64,000 bases of DNA, from positions 11,137-75,136 of the forward strand of contig JAMFSA010000248.1 of assembly GCA_026225055.1 (NCBI GenBank), written 5' to 3'. This DNA comes from Mucilaginibacter xinganensis (lineage in GTDB: Bacteria; Bacteroidota; Bacteroidia; Sphingobacteriales; Sphingobacteriaceae). Below are positions 48,892 through 57,861 of the stretch, one piece after another. The notes under the pieces are model-generated. The model saw only the letters and a list, made by a program, of their open reading frames with translations. It did not search any database and was not told the DNA's origin. The position numbers and the translations under genes were made by a program. The stretch's first letter is position 1. Each line of letters starts with the position of its first letter.

Positions 48892-49641
48892 CAAATATCA
48901 CCGAACAATTCAATAACCAGTATGCGCCCATCAAAGCCTTACTGATATACCAAAGCCAGTTAACTGTAAATGATAATTATGGCTACGAAGCCGACCGTAA
49001 TCCGCAGATTTATGTGGAAAGTTATGACATAGGCAAAAGGGGACAGCCAGTAAATGCCCATCCGCTTAGTATGGCGGAAATGGTTTCTTTGAGCAAGCTG
49101 TTTCAGAGTACCGAAGAACTCAAAAGCAATTATCTCAAACCGCAGGGATTGTTACCCAACAATGTGCTTTACCTGGACCCGCAATCCGATGGTTACGCAA
49201 TTTGGTATACCCCGCCCAAAACCACGACCTTGTTCTTTGTAGAGGGTTTGCAAATCCCGACAGGCAAAGTCAAAATCCCTGCCTTGGTGTGGAAAGCCAC
49301 TAAAGATAGCCTGTATGTATATGCTTTGAAAGGCAAAACCAAGCCCACCGGAAAAACAATACTCTACCGTGCGCCTTTTTTTAATATTTTATGAAAGCGG
49401 AAATGTCTGCATGGGTACGGTGCAAATCACCATAGACCGCTTTACCCGCTTGGAGGATTTTATCGCCAAATGGGAAAGCTACTTTTTTAACAGCTATTTC
49501 AGCCATACCATCGGCAGCCACGAGGGAGTAAAAATGGGCTTGATCGAACTATGGCAACAACAGGTAGCTACAGGCAAAGCCTTTCCAATCGAACAACTCA
49601 ATAAACATCACAACCTGTTATTAAAGCACCTTATCAAATGA
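48888..49641 (+). pseudogene. PRTRC system protein B (E2-like), split by a +1 frameshift at about 49387-49390
   Basis: The first ORF ends APFFNIL*; another frame continues YESGNVCMG..WESYFFNSYFSH. Removing one T from aatattttatgaa restores APFFNIYESGNVCMG. Confidence 0.8.
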
Positions 49642-50462
49642 AAAAGAAATCTCCAAAACAAGCCGCGCTTACAGCAGTCCATATTATCGAAAAAGAATTA
49701 CTACAGCCTTATAATCCTGTTTCCATCAACCTGATCGGTGCAGGTGGAACCGGCAGTCAGATGCTTACCGCATTGGCAAGAATGAGCCAGGCATTGAATG
49801 GCTTAAACCATCCCGGTTTTGTCGTTACGGTATTTGATGATGACACGGTGCAGAGCCCAAATCGTGCGCGGCAGTTATTTACCACAACCGAATTAGGGCA
49901 ATATAAGTCAGTTGCCTTAATAAACCGTGTCAACCGATTTTTCGGGCTGAACTGGAAAGCCGAAACAGACAAGTACAACAAAGCATTTTTCGCCAATGAC
50001 TTTCAGGGGAGTGCCACGATTACCATATCCTGCGTAGACACCGTTGAAGCCCGTTTTGAGATTGCTAAAGTATTACAGGCCATGAGCAAGTCGCTCAACA
50101 ACCACCGGAACCGTCCTTTGTATTGGATGGATTTTGGTAACAGCAAAGATACTGGGCAGGTACTGCTTTGCACCGTCGGCGCAATCAAACAACCCACATC
50201 AAAAAGGTATAACCCGATTGAAAAACTACCTTTAGTAACCGAGGAATTTAAAGAATTGCTCATTCAATCTGAAAGTGCAGATAATACGCCAAGCTGTTCG
50301 ATTGCCGACGCACTAGCCAAACAGGATTTGTTCATCAATTCTTCCTTAGCCAACTTAGGTGGATCGCTTCTTTGGCAAATGTTCCGAGAGGGCATCCTGT
50401 TCGACAGGGGATTTTTTCTTAACTTAAAAGAGTTCAGGACAACACCGCTAAAAGTCGCCTGA
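49638..50462 (+). CDS. PRTRC system ThiF (E1-like) protein
   Basis: LIGAGGTGS, DDDTV..PNRARQ, SCVD, YWMDFGN, PSCS, QDLFIN. Confidence 0.92.
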   Translation: MKKKSPKQAALTAVHIIEKELLQPYNPVSINLIGAGGTGSQMLTALARMSQALNGLNHPGFVVTVFDDDTVQSPNRARQLFTTTELGQYKSVALINRVNRFFGLNWKAETDKYNKAFFANDFQGSATITISCVDTVEARFEIAKVLQAMSKSLNNHRNRPLYWMDFGNSKDTGQVLLCTVGAIKQPTSKRYNPIEKLPLVTEEFKELLIQSESADNTPSCSIADALAKQDLFINSSLANLGGSLLWQMFREGILFDRGFFLNLKEFRTTPLKVA

Positions 50463-50463
50463 T

Positions 50464-50643
50464 ATGGAAATTATTGACCTTGACGGCAAAATCATCACCG
50501 TCGAAAACTTGGAACTGGCTTTGATGCAGGCAGATGATTACCGACACTACTGCCATGCCGATCCCGCTCTTGCTACTTTTGACGATAAACAACGGGTGTA
50601 TTGGACTGACATTTATCATAAACTATTAGCCTTAACCGAATAA
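50464..50643 (+). CDS. Small hypothetical protein, 59 aa
   Basis: Manual translation MEIIDLDGKIITVENLELALMQADDYRHYCHADPALATFDDKQRVYWTDIYHKLLALTE. Fills the gap 1 nt after thiF and 10 nt before the macrodomain gene. Confidence 0.7.
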   Translation: MEIIDLDGKIITVENLELALMQADDYRHYCHADPALATFDDKQRVYWTDIYHKLLALTE

Positions 50644-50653
50644 CAACAAACGA

Positions 50654-51106
50654 ATGATAACCTATCTTAAAGGGGATTTACTTCAAGACGAAGCGGAGGT
50701 TTTGGTCAACACCGTCAATACCGTTGGCGTAATGGGAAAAGGTGTCGCACTTGCATTCAAAAATGCCTTTCCCCATAACTTCGCCGTTTATCAATTGGCG
50801 TGCAGGAATAAGGAACTCGCCATAGGAGGGTTAATTGTTGTTAGGGATAGCAATTTGTTGTCGGGCGATAAAACCATTATTAATTTTCCAACCAAAACGC
50901 ATTGGAGGTTGCCGTCTGAATATGCCTACATCGTTCAGGGACTTATCGCTTTACATAAATACCTGTCTGAAAACGCGGTCAAATCTATCGCCATGCCTGC
51001 CCCTGGGTGTGGTAATGGTGGCTTGGACTGGAATATTGTGAAAAGGCTCATCAATGGTCATTTGGGTGGGTTAAGTACTGCCATAAGGGTTTATGAGCCT
51101 TTCTGA
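50654..51106 (+). CDS. Stand-alone macrodomain, DarG-like ADP-ribosyl glycohydrolase
   Basis: GDLL, LVNTVNTVGVMGKGVALAFK, IINFPTK.HW, SIAMP..GCGNGGLDW, VYEP. Confidence 0.9.
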   Translation: MITYLKGDLLQDEAEVLVNTVNTVGVMGKGVALAFKNAFPHNFAVYQLACRNKELAIGGLIVVRDSNLLSGDKTIINFPTKTHWRLPSEYAYIVQGLIALHKYLSENAVKSIAMPAPGCGNGGLDWNIVKRLINGHLGGLSTAIRVYEPF

Positions 51107-51319
51107 CCGGTAGCAATGCGGCGCCGTTCCGCCACTTTCTCTTTTCAATCGAAACAGGCGGCCCGGTGAATGCGGTTGCCTGACTTCCGAAAAACACGGA
51201 CATGCTACCGCCAGGCCGTCTTTCCCAAAATACAGGCGGGTTTTTAAAATCCGTTTTCTTTCTTTCCTTGAATAATTCCAATAGCCCATTGAAATTGAAT
51301 AAATTGCAGTTTAAATTAT

Positions 51320-52390
51320 TTGTTCAAAATGGGTGTTCCGCCAATTGACCGTTATATGTGGGGATGTAGTCTTAAAATCTGGGAAAAGATCAAAGATTTG
51401 AAGCTGGTGTACCTCGATTTGAATTTTTGGCTTCGGTTGCGTGATGAAGCAGCGACAGTGGCCGGGGGTAAAAGCAGTATGCTGGACTTGATGTCTGCTC
51501 TTGTCGAAAAACAAAAATTCTTGTTTCCTATCAGCGATATCATTTATTATGAGGTATTAAAACAACATGATGAAAGTTCACGGGAGAAAACTTTCGAAAT
51601 AATTGATAAGTTATCTGGTGGTGTCGCTCTGATCAGTGATAAAAATAGAATAAAACTGGAATTCCGCTATTGGGTGGAAACCCTACAAAATAATGAATTC
51701 CCTGAACCGAAAAAACTGGTTTGGGGGAAACTTCCGCTCGTGGTAAATTATGCCTCCTTTGAGGCATTTGATTTTTCAGAAGGTACCGAAGATATGCAGA
51801 ACATTGTACTGGATATTATGGCGGAAATTCCTTTGAACGAGCTGACACCGGCAGTGTATTTACGGCAACATCCTTTTTCATTTAAAGATAATGTTGAAGA
51901 ATTCAACCGGAATAAAAAGCTTTACGAAGAACAGAATAAAACTTTCGATCAGCTTTTTCTGTCCGAGGTTGGTGGGATGCTTGATGAAGCGTCGACTTTG
52001 TTTGATATCGTTATGTATGAAAAGATACTTACTGAAACCGGGCATTCTCCCGTTGGAGGGAAAGATCAAAGTTTTGGCGGTAAAGATTTCGCAGGCCTGA
52101 TTTACCAATGTTTCAAGAAAAAGAAATTGGGTAACCATCTGCCGTTTTTTAAGATATGCGCGGATATTTATTCTTCATTTCGGCGCAATAAAGACAGGAT
52201 ATACAAGGATGGGAATGACACCCTTGATGTGATGCATGCTGCAGGAGCGCTGCCATATTTTGATTATTTCTTTACCGAGCGCGAACTAAGTACCATTATC
52301 GATCAACGGGGCCTTAATAAATTATATAATTGTACCGTTGCCAGTAAACCTGATGACGTGATGAATATTTTAATGCGGTATCTGAACTGA
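51320..52390 (+). CDS. PIN-like domain hypothetical protein
   Basis: VYLDLNFW, PISDIIYYEV, NDTLDVMHAAGALPYFDYFFTER acidic motifs. Start uncertain. Confidence 0.55.
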   Translation: MFKMGVPPIDRYMWGCSLKIWEKIKDLKLVYLDLNFWLRLRDEAATVAGGKSSMLDLMSALVEKQKFLFPISDIIYYEVLKQHDESSREKTFEIIDKLSGGVALISDKNRIKLEFRYWVETLQNNEFPEPKKLVWGKLPLVVNYASFEAFDFSEGTEDMQNIVLDIMAEIPLNELTPAVYLRQHPFSFKDNVEEFNRNKKLYEEQNKTFDQLFLSEVGGMLDEASTLFDIVMYEKILTETGHSPVGGKDQSFGGKDFAGLIYQCFKKKKLGNHLPFFKICADIYSSFRRNKDRIYKDGNDTLDVMHAAGALPYFDYFFTERELSTIIDQRGLNKLYNCTVASKPDDVMNILMRYLN

Positions 52391-52506
52391 AGGTCGCTAA
52401 CGCTTTTGTAAGCTATAGGTAAATTAAATAACCTCGCAAAGTTAACCTGATAGCTTGGATGTTTAAGATGATTCTTTTAGTTAAATTGCGGCCTAAAGAG
52501 AACGTC

Positions 52507-53127
52507 ATGTTTAAGGTAACCAAAGAAGAGATCGATAATATTTGCAGGAAGTTTGATGCGCCAACTTTGAGTGATTATTTGGAAGATTCCGGCGAATTAT
52601 TTGCAATTGCTTCTTTTGATAAGAAAGTTCAAAATATCACACCAATGGATGGTAACGATGAACCTGTTTTAATTGAGTTTATCAAGACTCAAACTGGCTT
52701 GCATGAATGGACATTCGCTGGCTATCAGGTACATGCAGATATTTTAGAGACGCCGGTAAATGTTTTTGTATTTCAGGAGGCACTTTTAGAATCAGATGAT
52801 GTCGAGTTGAGGGAATTATTGATACTGCATGAATTCTGCCATTTACTGGACTTAAAGGAATACTTTAACGAGAGAAATCTGGTTCTTAGCGGGAAAGAGG
52901 AAGAAGTCGGTCAGGCATTAAGTAAAATTGCCAACTATATAAGTGAAAGAACAAGTGCCTTTGGAGGTGATGATTTTTACCATAATGCAAAGTTCGGGGG
53001 CATACTTGCTCACTTTATAATTCCATTTTATCCAAATAATTGGGCGGAAAAGTTTGACAAGGCAGTGAGTAAAAATTTCCCGGAACGGGAACCGGAGGTG
53101 TATCAAGCTGCATACAATGCGGCTTGA
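52507..53127 (+). CDS. HExxH zincin-like metallopeptidase domain protein
   Basis: LILHEFCHLLD and downstream YHNAKF. Likely start at 52507. Confidence 0.55.
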   Translation: MFKVTKEEIDNICRKFDAPTLSDYLEDSGELFAIASFDKKVQNITPMDGNDEPVLIEFIKTQTGLHEWTFAGYQVHADILETPVNVFVFQEALLESDDVELRELLILHEFCHLLDLKEYFNERNLVLSGKEEEVGQALSKIANYISERTSAFGGDDFYHNAKFGGILAHFIIPFYPNNWAEKFDKAVSKNFPEREPEVYQAAYNAA

Positions 53128-53141
53128 TATAATTTATTGCT

Positions 53142-53906
53142 TTATTTATCCTTTATTTCAGATTTTATCACTTTAGATAAATCAAATCCAGGTATTCTTT
53201 CCTTAATTGCAGATTTTAAAACGGACTCAAACCATCCTCCTGCAAATGGTGAAATGTAAACCTTATCTATTAACGCACCAGGATCAAAATTAAAACCTGT
53301 GCCGTCTGGATACAATGGAACCCTTATTTCCTTTCCGTCTTTATCCTTTTCAAACCTGAATTGGTGTAAAACCAAAACACGGTACTCTTTTTCATTATCG
53401 TAAAATTCTCTTTTATGGGTAGAGACCGTAAATTGGTCAATGTTGTTGCCTGGGATAGGTTCATAAGATACCTTGCCGGCATATACGTATGGAAACTGGG
53501 TATTGGCGGCTAATTGTGCCCTCAAATTTCCAACAGTAGTTTGAATTGCTACGCCTTCACCTGCGCCTCTGGTATAAGTCTTCCACATATTATAGTTTTC
53601 ACCTTTGCCCAAATTCCATGAATTAGATAAGATAAATGGCTTATAGGACGCGATATTGACCAGTTCTTTTTGTATCCAGTTGTCGGCCTCCTTTTTTGTC
53701 GTGTAATCTTTATTGTACCTGATTGCATGATAATCTTTGATCGTTTCAGGCGGTAGCAATCCTTCATGTTTGTCTGTATAAGATTCCAAGGTTTTGAAAT
53801 AGATCGATTTATTTACTAAAAACCCATAAAAGGTCGGAAAATCAGTATATCGCCAAACCAAATCGTCATCGTTTGCCGGGGTCATGTTTCGGTGTTCTTT
53901 TAGCAT
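53142..53906 (-). CDS. DUF2971 family protein
   Basis: VWRYTDF, D.HEG, SNSW, MWKTY..GVAIQTT, GKVSY, KREFYDNEKEYR, LIDKVYISP. Start may be 53885. Confidence 0.75.
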   Translation of the reverse strand: MLKEHRNMTPANDDDLVWRYTDFPTFYGFLVNKSIYFKTLESYTDKHEGLLPPETIKDYHAIRYNKDYTTKKEADNWIQKELVNIASYKPFILSNSWNLGKGENYNMWKTYTRGAGEGVAIQTTVGNLRAQLAANTQFPYVYAGKVSYEPIPGNNIDQFTVSTHKREFYDNEKEYRVLVLHQFRFEKDKDGKEIRVPLYPDGTGFNFDPGALIDKVYISPFAGGWFESVLKSAIKERIPGFDLSKVIKSEIKDK

Positions 53907-53980
53907 GTTTTCAAATTTTCATGGTTTGAGGTCAAATTAATTAACTTTGTTAAGCTACTGATTACTTGTTGGGAATTATC

Positions 53981-54250
53981 ATGGATGAAAAAAATGCACA
54001 TCTGGTTGGTCGAATAGATCAAATTGTTCGCGATTATTTCATTGCAAACCCTGATGAAAACAGCATCATTGCCAAAAAATTGATGCCACTGCTTATTGAA
54101 AAAAAGATTTTTAAAAAGGATCAACGGGAAGGCAAGCCTATCAGAGACATTCTTCGCGCACTTGATGCGCAAAATGCCTTGCACCTTTTGCACCATTGCA
54201 AGGTTGTTCGCAAAGCGAAAAACAGGAACTGGTATTTTGAGCGCCGATGA
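53981..54250 (+). CDS. Small basic hypothetical protein
   Basis: MDEKNAHL...GKPIRDILRALD...RNWYFERR. Sits alone between opposite-strand genes. Confidence 0.6.
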   Translation: MDEKNAHLVGRIDQIVRDYFIANPDENSIIAKKLMPLLIEKKIFKKDQREGKPIRDILRALDAQNALHLLHHCKVVRKAKNRNWYFERR

Positions 54251-54255
54251 TAACA

Positions 54256-56214
54256 TTAAATTTCCTGCTCCAAGTAATTGCTTATAATCTTAATCATTTC
54301 CGTTTCATGTTCCTGACACAGGCGGTCATTCCAAAATTTACTTTGAAAGATCAGGTCCAGTTTGAGAGATTCGATTTTTCCTACATTGTCCCTGTTATTG
54401 AGAAAGTGGTCGCGCTTTACATTAAATTCCTTATTGCCTAATTCAGAGTTAAGGCTACGGGTTACCAGGGCGAGGTTACCAAATTTGTTCATGGTTTTTT
54501 TCGTTACTTTTTGCCCATCCTCATCCCGCCCGGCCTGTGGGGAAACATGCTCTATTGAGTTTTTGGTCGTGAGGTAAAAATTGTTCCATTTAGGGTAAAG
54601 TGTTCGTTGGGTAAACCATAGGACAAACTCCAGCTTATAGAACCAATAATGCGGAAAGCCAGTACCTTCCGACTCCGACAAAATGGCGAGGTTGAAGTTT
54701 GATTTCGGGATAATGGTTTCTTTCTTCAAATATTTCCAGGTTCTTACCGCCAGTTCATCTTTACTATGTGTGCAAAACAATACGTTATCCAGTCTTCGCA
54801 GGTAATTCAGGTTTTCTTGTTCATCACGGTTAGATAGCATTTTATAAAGCAACGGCGTTAACCAATAGTGTGTGGTGATCTGCTGCGAATGGTAAAGCAT
54901 ACTTTGTAATAAAGCGAAGGCGGATTCATTGGACTTTGGTTTTTCCCGTAACAAGAAATAAGTTCTGCTGCCTTTTGAGCGGTTCTTTTTACTTAGCCGC
55001 TTGATCATGTGCCTTTCATCATTTTGGGCGACGGTTACCCACTTTATAATATTATTATCAAAAACTACCCGAACCCGAAATAACAGTTCTATAAATTCTT
55101 TTGCTCCCTTTTCATTAAGGTTCTTAAGCATTGGCTCAAAGCTGTCCAGTAGCTCTTTTTCATTTATACGTGAAATATCTGGCTCCGCATGTTCATGCTG
55201 GTAGATCCTTAAAGTATGCTGTAGTAACTGCGGAAAAGACAAGATACTCCTGATCGGTTCAAATTGATCTTCGCCGCTATCCCTGTGCTCCTCCGTATCA
55301 ATGGCCCGTTTTGGTATTTTAATAACCGGCTTATAATAGTCCATGGCATAACTCAGGTTGATGGGTTTTACACTGGTATCCTGTTCAGCCATTAACTCGA
55401 GTAAATATGGAAAATTGAATACCCCATTGTTCAATTCATAACAATCGGCTACGCTGATACGGGTTTCATCACGCAATGTCCTTTCGATATAATCATACAT
55501 ATCTGAACAGGCGTTCCATATCTTACCATAATTAATTCGTTCCGCTTTATTTTTAGTGATCTTCTCTAAAATTTTTGCTTTGAGTATTTCATGGTGCTGA
55601 AGCTGTATGCCGCGGTTGTTGATAACCTCGAATAGCTTGTTCAGGTGCGGTGTATCGGGGACTTCTGTTACTAATAATTTTACTTTTTCCGCTATAAACC
55701 GGCTGAAGGATTGCAGCTTTACAGCGTCCTTGTTAATGGTGGTATCAAGAAAAGATTTGATGAGTGTTTTAGCCTTGAATATTTTCAGCAAACTGCCGCC
55801 TTCGGCGCGTTCATCCACCTGATCACTAAATTCCCGGTTGGCGAGCGTTTCATCGAAATAACGTTTTACATCTTCCCGGATGGCAAATGACAGCCTTGAT
55901 CGTTTGTTCACTTTTGTAAATTCAGAAAGATCCAAACCCAGGATCAGGCTGATGAGCCACAATGTCGTAAAACGTTGCTGACCGTCAATCAAATCGTAAG
56001 TGTTTGTACCAAACCGGGTTTTTACAATGATTACGCCACCAAGATAGAAAAGGCTTTTTTTTCGTAACCAGGCCGTATGTATATCGGTCATTAAGGTTTC
56101 CACCTGTATCTTTTCCCACACGTATAGGCGCTGATAACGCGGTATATTAAAAATATCCCGGGTGTCCATAATATCCTTAATGGAAAACAGGTTCGATTGT
56201 ACACTATTTTTCAT
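54256..56214 (-). CDS. GmrSD-family protein, DUF262 + DUF1524 (HNH), TgvB-like
   Basis: IPRYQRLYVW, LIDGQQRFTT, FEVINNRG, C-terminal SIEHVSPQ..FGNLALV...NS.LGN. Confidence 0.88.
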   Translation of the reverse strand: MKNSVQSNLFSIKDIMDTRDIFNIPRYQRLYVWEKIQVETLMTDIHTAWLRKKSLFYLGGVIIVKTRFGTNTYDLIDGQQRFTTLWLISLILGLDLSEFTKVNKRSRLSFAIREDVKRYFDETLANREFSDQVDERAEGGSLLKIFKAKTLIKSFLDTTINKDAVKLQSFSRFIAEKVKLLVTEVPDTPHLNKLFEVINNRGIQLQHHEILKAKILEKITKNKAERINYGKIWNACSDMYDYIERTLRDETRISVADCYELNNGVFNFPYLLELMAEQDTSVKPINLSYAMDYYKPVIKIPKRAIDTEEHRDSGEDQFEPIRSILSFPQLLQHTLRIYQHEHAEPDISRINEKELLDSFEPMLKNLNEKGAKEFIELLFRVRVVFDNNIIKWVTVAQNDERHMIKRLSKKNRSKGSRTYFLLREKPKSNESAFALLQSMLYHSQQITTHYWLTPLLYKMLSNRDEQENLNYLRRLDNVLFCTHSKDELAVRTWKYLKKETIIPKSNFNLAILSESEGTGFPHYWFYKLEFVLWFTQRTLYPKWNNFYLTTKNSIEHVSPQAGRDEDGQKVTKKTMNKFGNLALVTRSLNSELGNKEFNVKRDHFLNNRDNVGKIESLKLDLIFQSKFWNDRLCQEHETEMIKIISNYLEQEI

Positions 56215-57625
56215 TTAACCAGCTTTTACGGTTTTTGAATTCTGTCGCGTTTTTCCCAAAGTATTTCATTACGCGTTTACGGTATTTGTCCTGAACACCA
56301 TTCTTAGCGGGTGTTTTCATTTTCTTATAAATTGTGTCCTTTCCGGGAATGCCCTTAATGAAATCGAGGATCTCCTGGGGGGTATAAGCATGTGCAATAA
56401 TATCAAGCAGGTTATGTGAAGGATCGGTCAGGCATTTTTGTGCGGATTCTTTTTTTACAACAGACTGATTAACCCTTGTGCTGCCAAGCAGGTAATCCAG
56501 GTGATAGGCAAATTTTAAAAGTCCGTCCTTTTCGAAAATATCATAATACATCACGACGGACAATTTGAAGAGGTCGCGCAGGTAAATTGACATATTACTG
56601 TTGTAAACGGAATTGAAAAACAATTTTAATTCATCGATCTCGTTGCCTTTAGCACCATCCCCCTTGAACAGCAGGTCGTGCAGCCTCAGGTATTTTTCGG
56701 TAAAATGGAAGAACTGTAGGCCTTTATAAATTGGCTGGCGCAAACTAAACGGAAAATATTCAGGGTTATTAGTAGGGTTCGGGTTTTCAAGGTCTTTAAA
56801 TTTGCCTTTGTCATCGTAGGTGCGTTGAAGCGACTGCCGGTTGTAAATGTTAGGGAATAAAGGGTAGGAATAATTGGATGGTGAAATTAAGGTTCGCTTT
56901 TGGAATGTATCCAAGATATACTCGTCGTTCTCGAACGGTACATTTTTGCTTCGCCAGACCCGAGCCCGAAAAAGTATTTTGTTAAATACATACAGCAGGT
57001 AATCGCCATCTATCCAATTGGTGCCGGCATTTTCCCATTTTCTCGCACAAGCTTCCTGCAATTCCACTGACACTATCTCCCGTAAGTGGTAAGCCTTTAG
57101 ATAATCCGTCGGGCCTAATTTGATGCCTCTGTTATTTTGAGTATCAAAAAAGGCAAAGGAATCATCCTGCGAGTGGGTAATGACCTGGGTAAATTCTATG
57201 AGATTTAAAAAGTCACTGGCATTTAATTTATTAAGAAGGTTTATTTCCTTTTTTGCATAATCTGTCGTCTCACGGATTCCATTAAGGGATATATAGGAAT
57301 TGAACGTAATATTCTGGTTATTGGAAAGTGATTTATTCAAAATAGTCTTTAGGATCAATAGGGTGGTAATCCTTTGCTGCCCGTCAATGATCTCGTAGGT
57401 TTTTTTAGCAGCATTATAGTAAAAGAGCACAGTTCCGAGATAATATGGGTCTGTAGATTTCTTATCGATAAAGAACTCTTCCAGGTCAGCCAGCAATTCT
57501 GCCGTTTTTTCTTTTCCCCATTCGTAGGGTCTTTGGTATTCGGGAATGATGACTTTTGCTTTTCCCTTGAATATGGATTCCAGGTTCAGGACATCTACCT
57601 GGATTTCTTTGGCCGAAGCACTCAT
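56204..57625 (-). CDS. DUF262 domain protein without evident HNH, TgvA-like
   Basis: IPEYQRPYEW, IIDGQQRITT, FFDTQNNRG, LKAYHLR. Overlaps the downstream gene by 11 nt. Confidence 0.85.
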   Translation of the reverse strand: MSASAKEIQVDVLNLESIFKGKAKVIIPEYQRPYEWGKEKTAELLADLEEFFIDKKSTDPYYLGTVLFYYNAAKKTYEIIDGQQRITTLLILKTILNKSLSNNQNITFNSYISLNGIRETTDYAKKEINLLNKLNASDFLNLIEFTQVITHSQDDSFAFFDTQNNRGIKLGPTDYLKAYHLREIVSVELQEACARKWENAGTNWIDGDYLLYVFNKILFRARVWRSKNVPFENDEYILDTFQKRTLISPSNYSYPLFPNIYNRQSLQRTYDDKGKFKDLENPNPTNNPEYFPFSLRQPIYKGLQFFHFTEKYLRLHDLLFKGDGAKGNEIDELKLFFNSVYNSNMSIYLRDLFKLSVVMYYDIFEKDGLLKFAYHLDYLLGSTRVNQSVVKKESAQKCLTDPSHNLLDIIAHAYTPQEILDFIKGIPGKDTIYKKMKTPAKNGVQDKYRKRVMKYFGKNATEFKNRKSWLNEK

Positions 57626-57861
57626 TAATAAATATCAGTTTAGGAAATAAATAAATTGTGATTCGATGAAAATACGGTTTAAAGGCGAATAAAACCACAA
57701 AAAATATTTGAGAACCGGATATTAAGATCACTGGTGAACAAATGATCCTATGAGCAAATGCAAGTGATAATCGTTTATTTATTAAAAATATTTAGTTTTT
57801 TCTTGTGGCTGATTAATAAATTAAAGATCCTGCGATGTACTAGTTGGGAAATCCATTTCAC

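Larger units (their letters stand above)
45890..51290 (+). mobile_element. ICE/conjugative-element leading-region module (ssb + PRTRC cassette + macrodomain); boundaries uncertain
   Basis: ssb with a structured leader followed by PRTRC genes, which are established cargo of plasmids and ICEs. No integrase, relaxase or tra gene in the window. Confidence 0.55.

Noticed and set aside
50654-53906. Complete DarTG toxin-antitoxin system
   Set aside because: No DarT (DUF4433)-like gene is adjacent to the macrodomain, and the macrodomain lacks the DarG C-terminal region.
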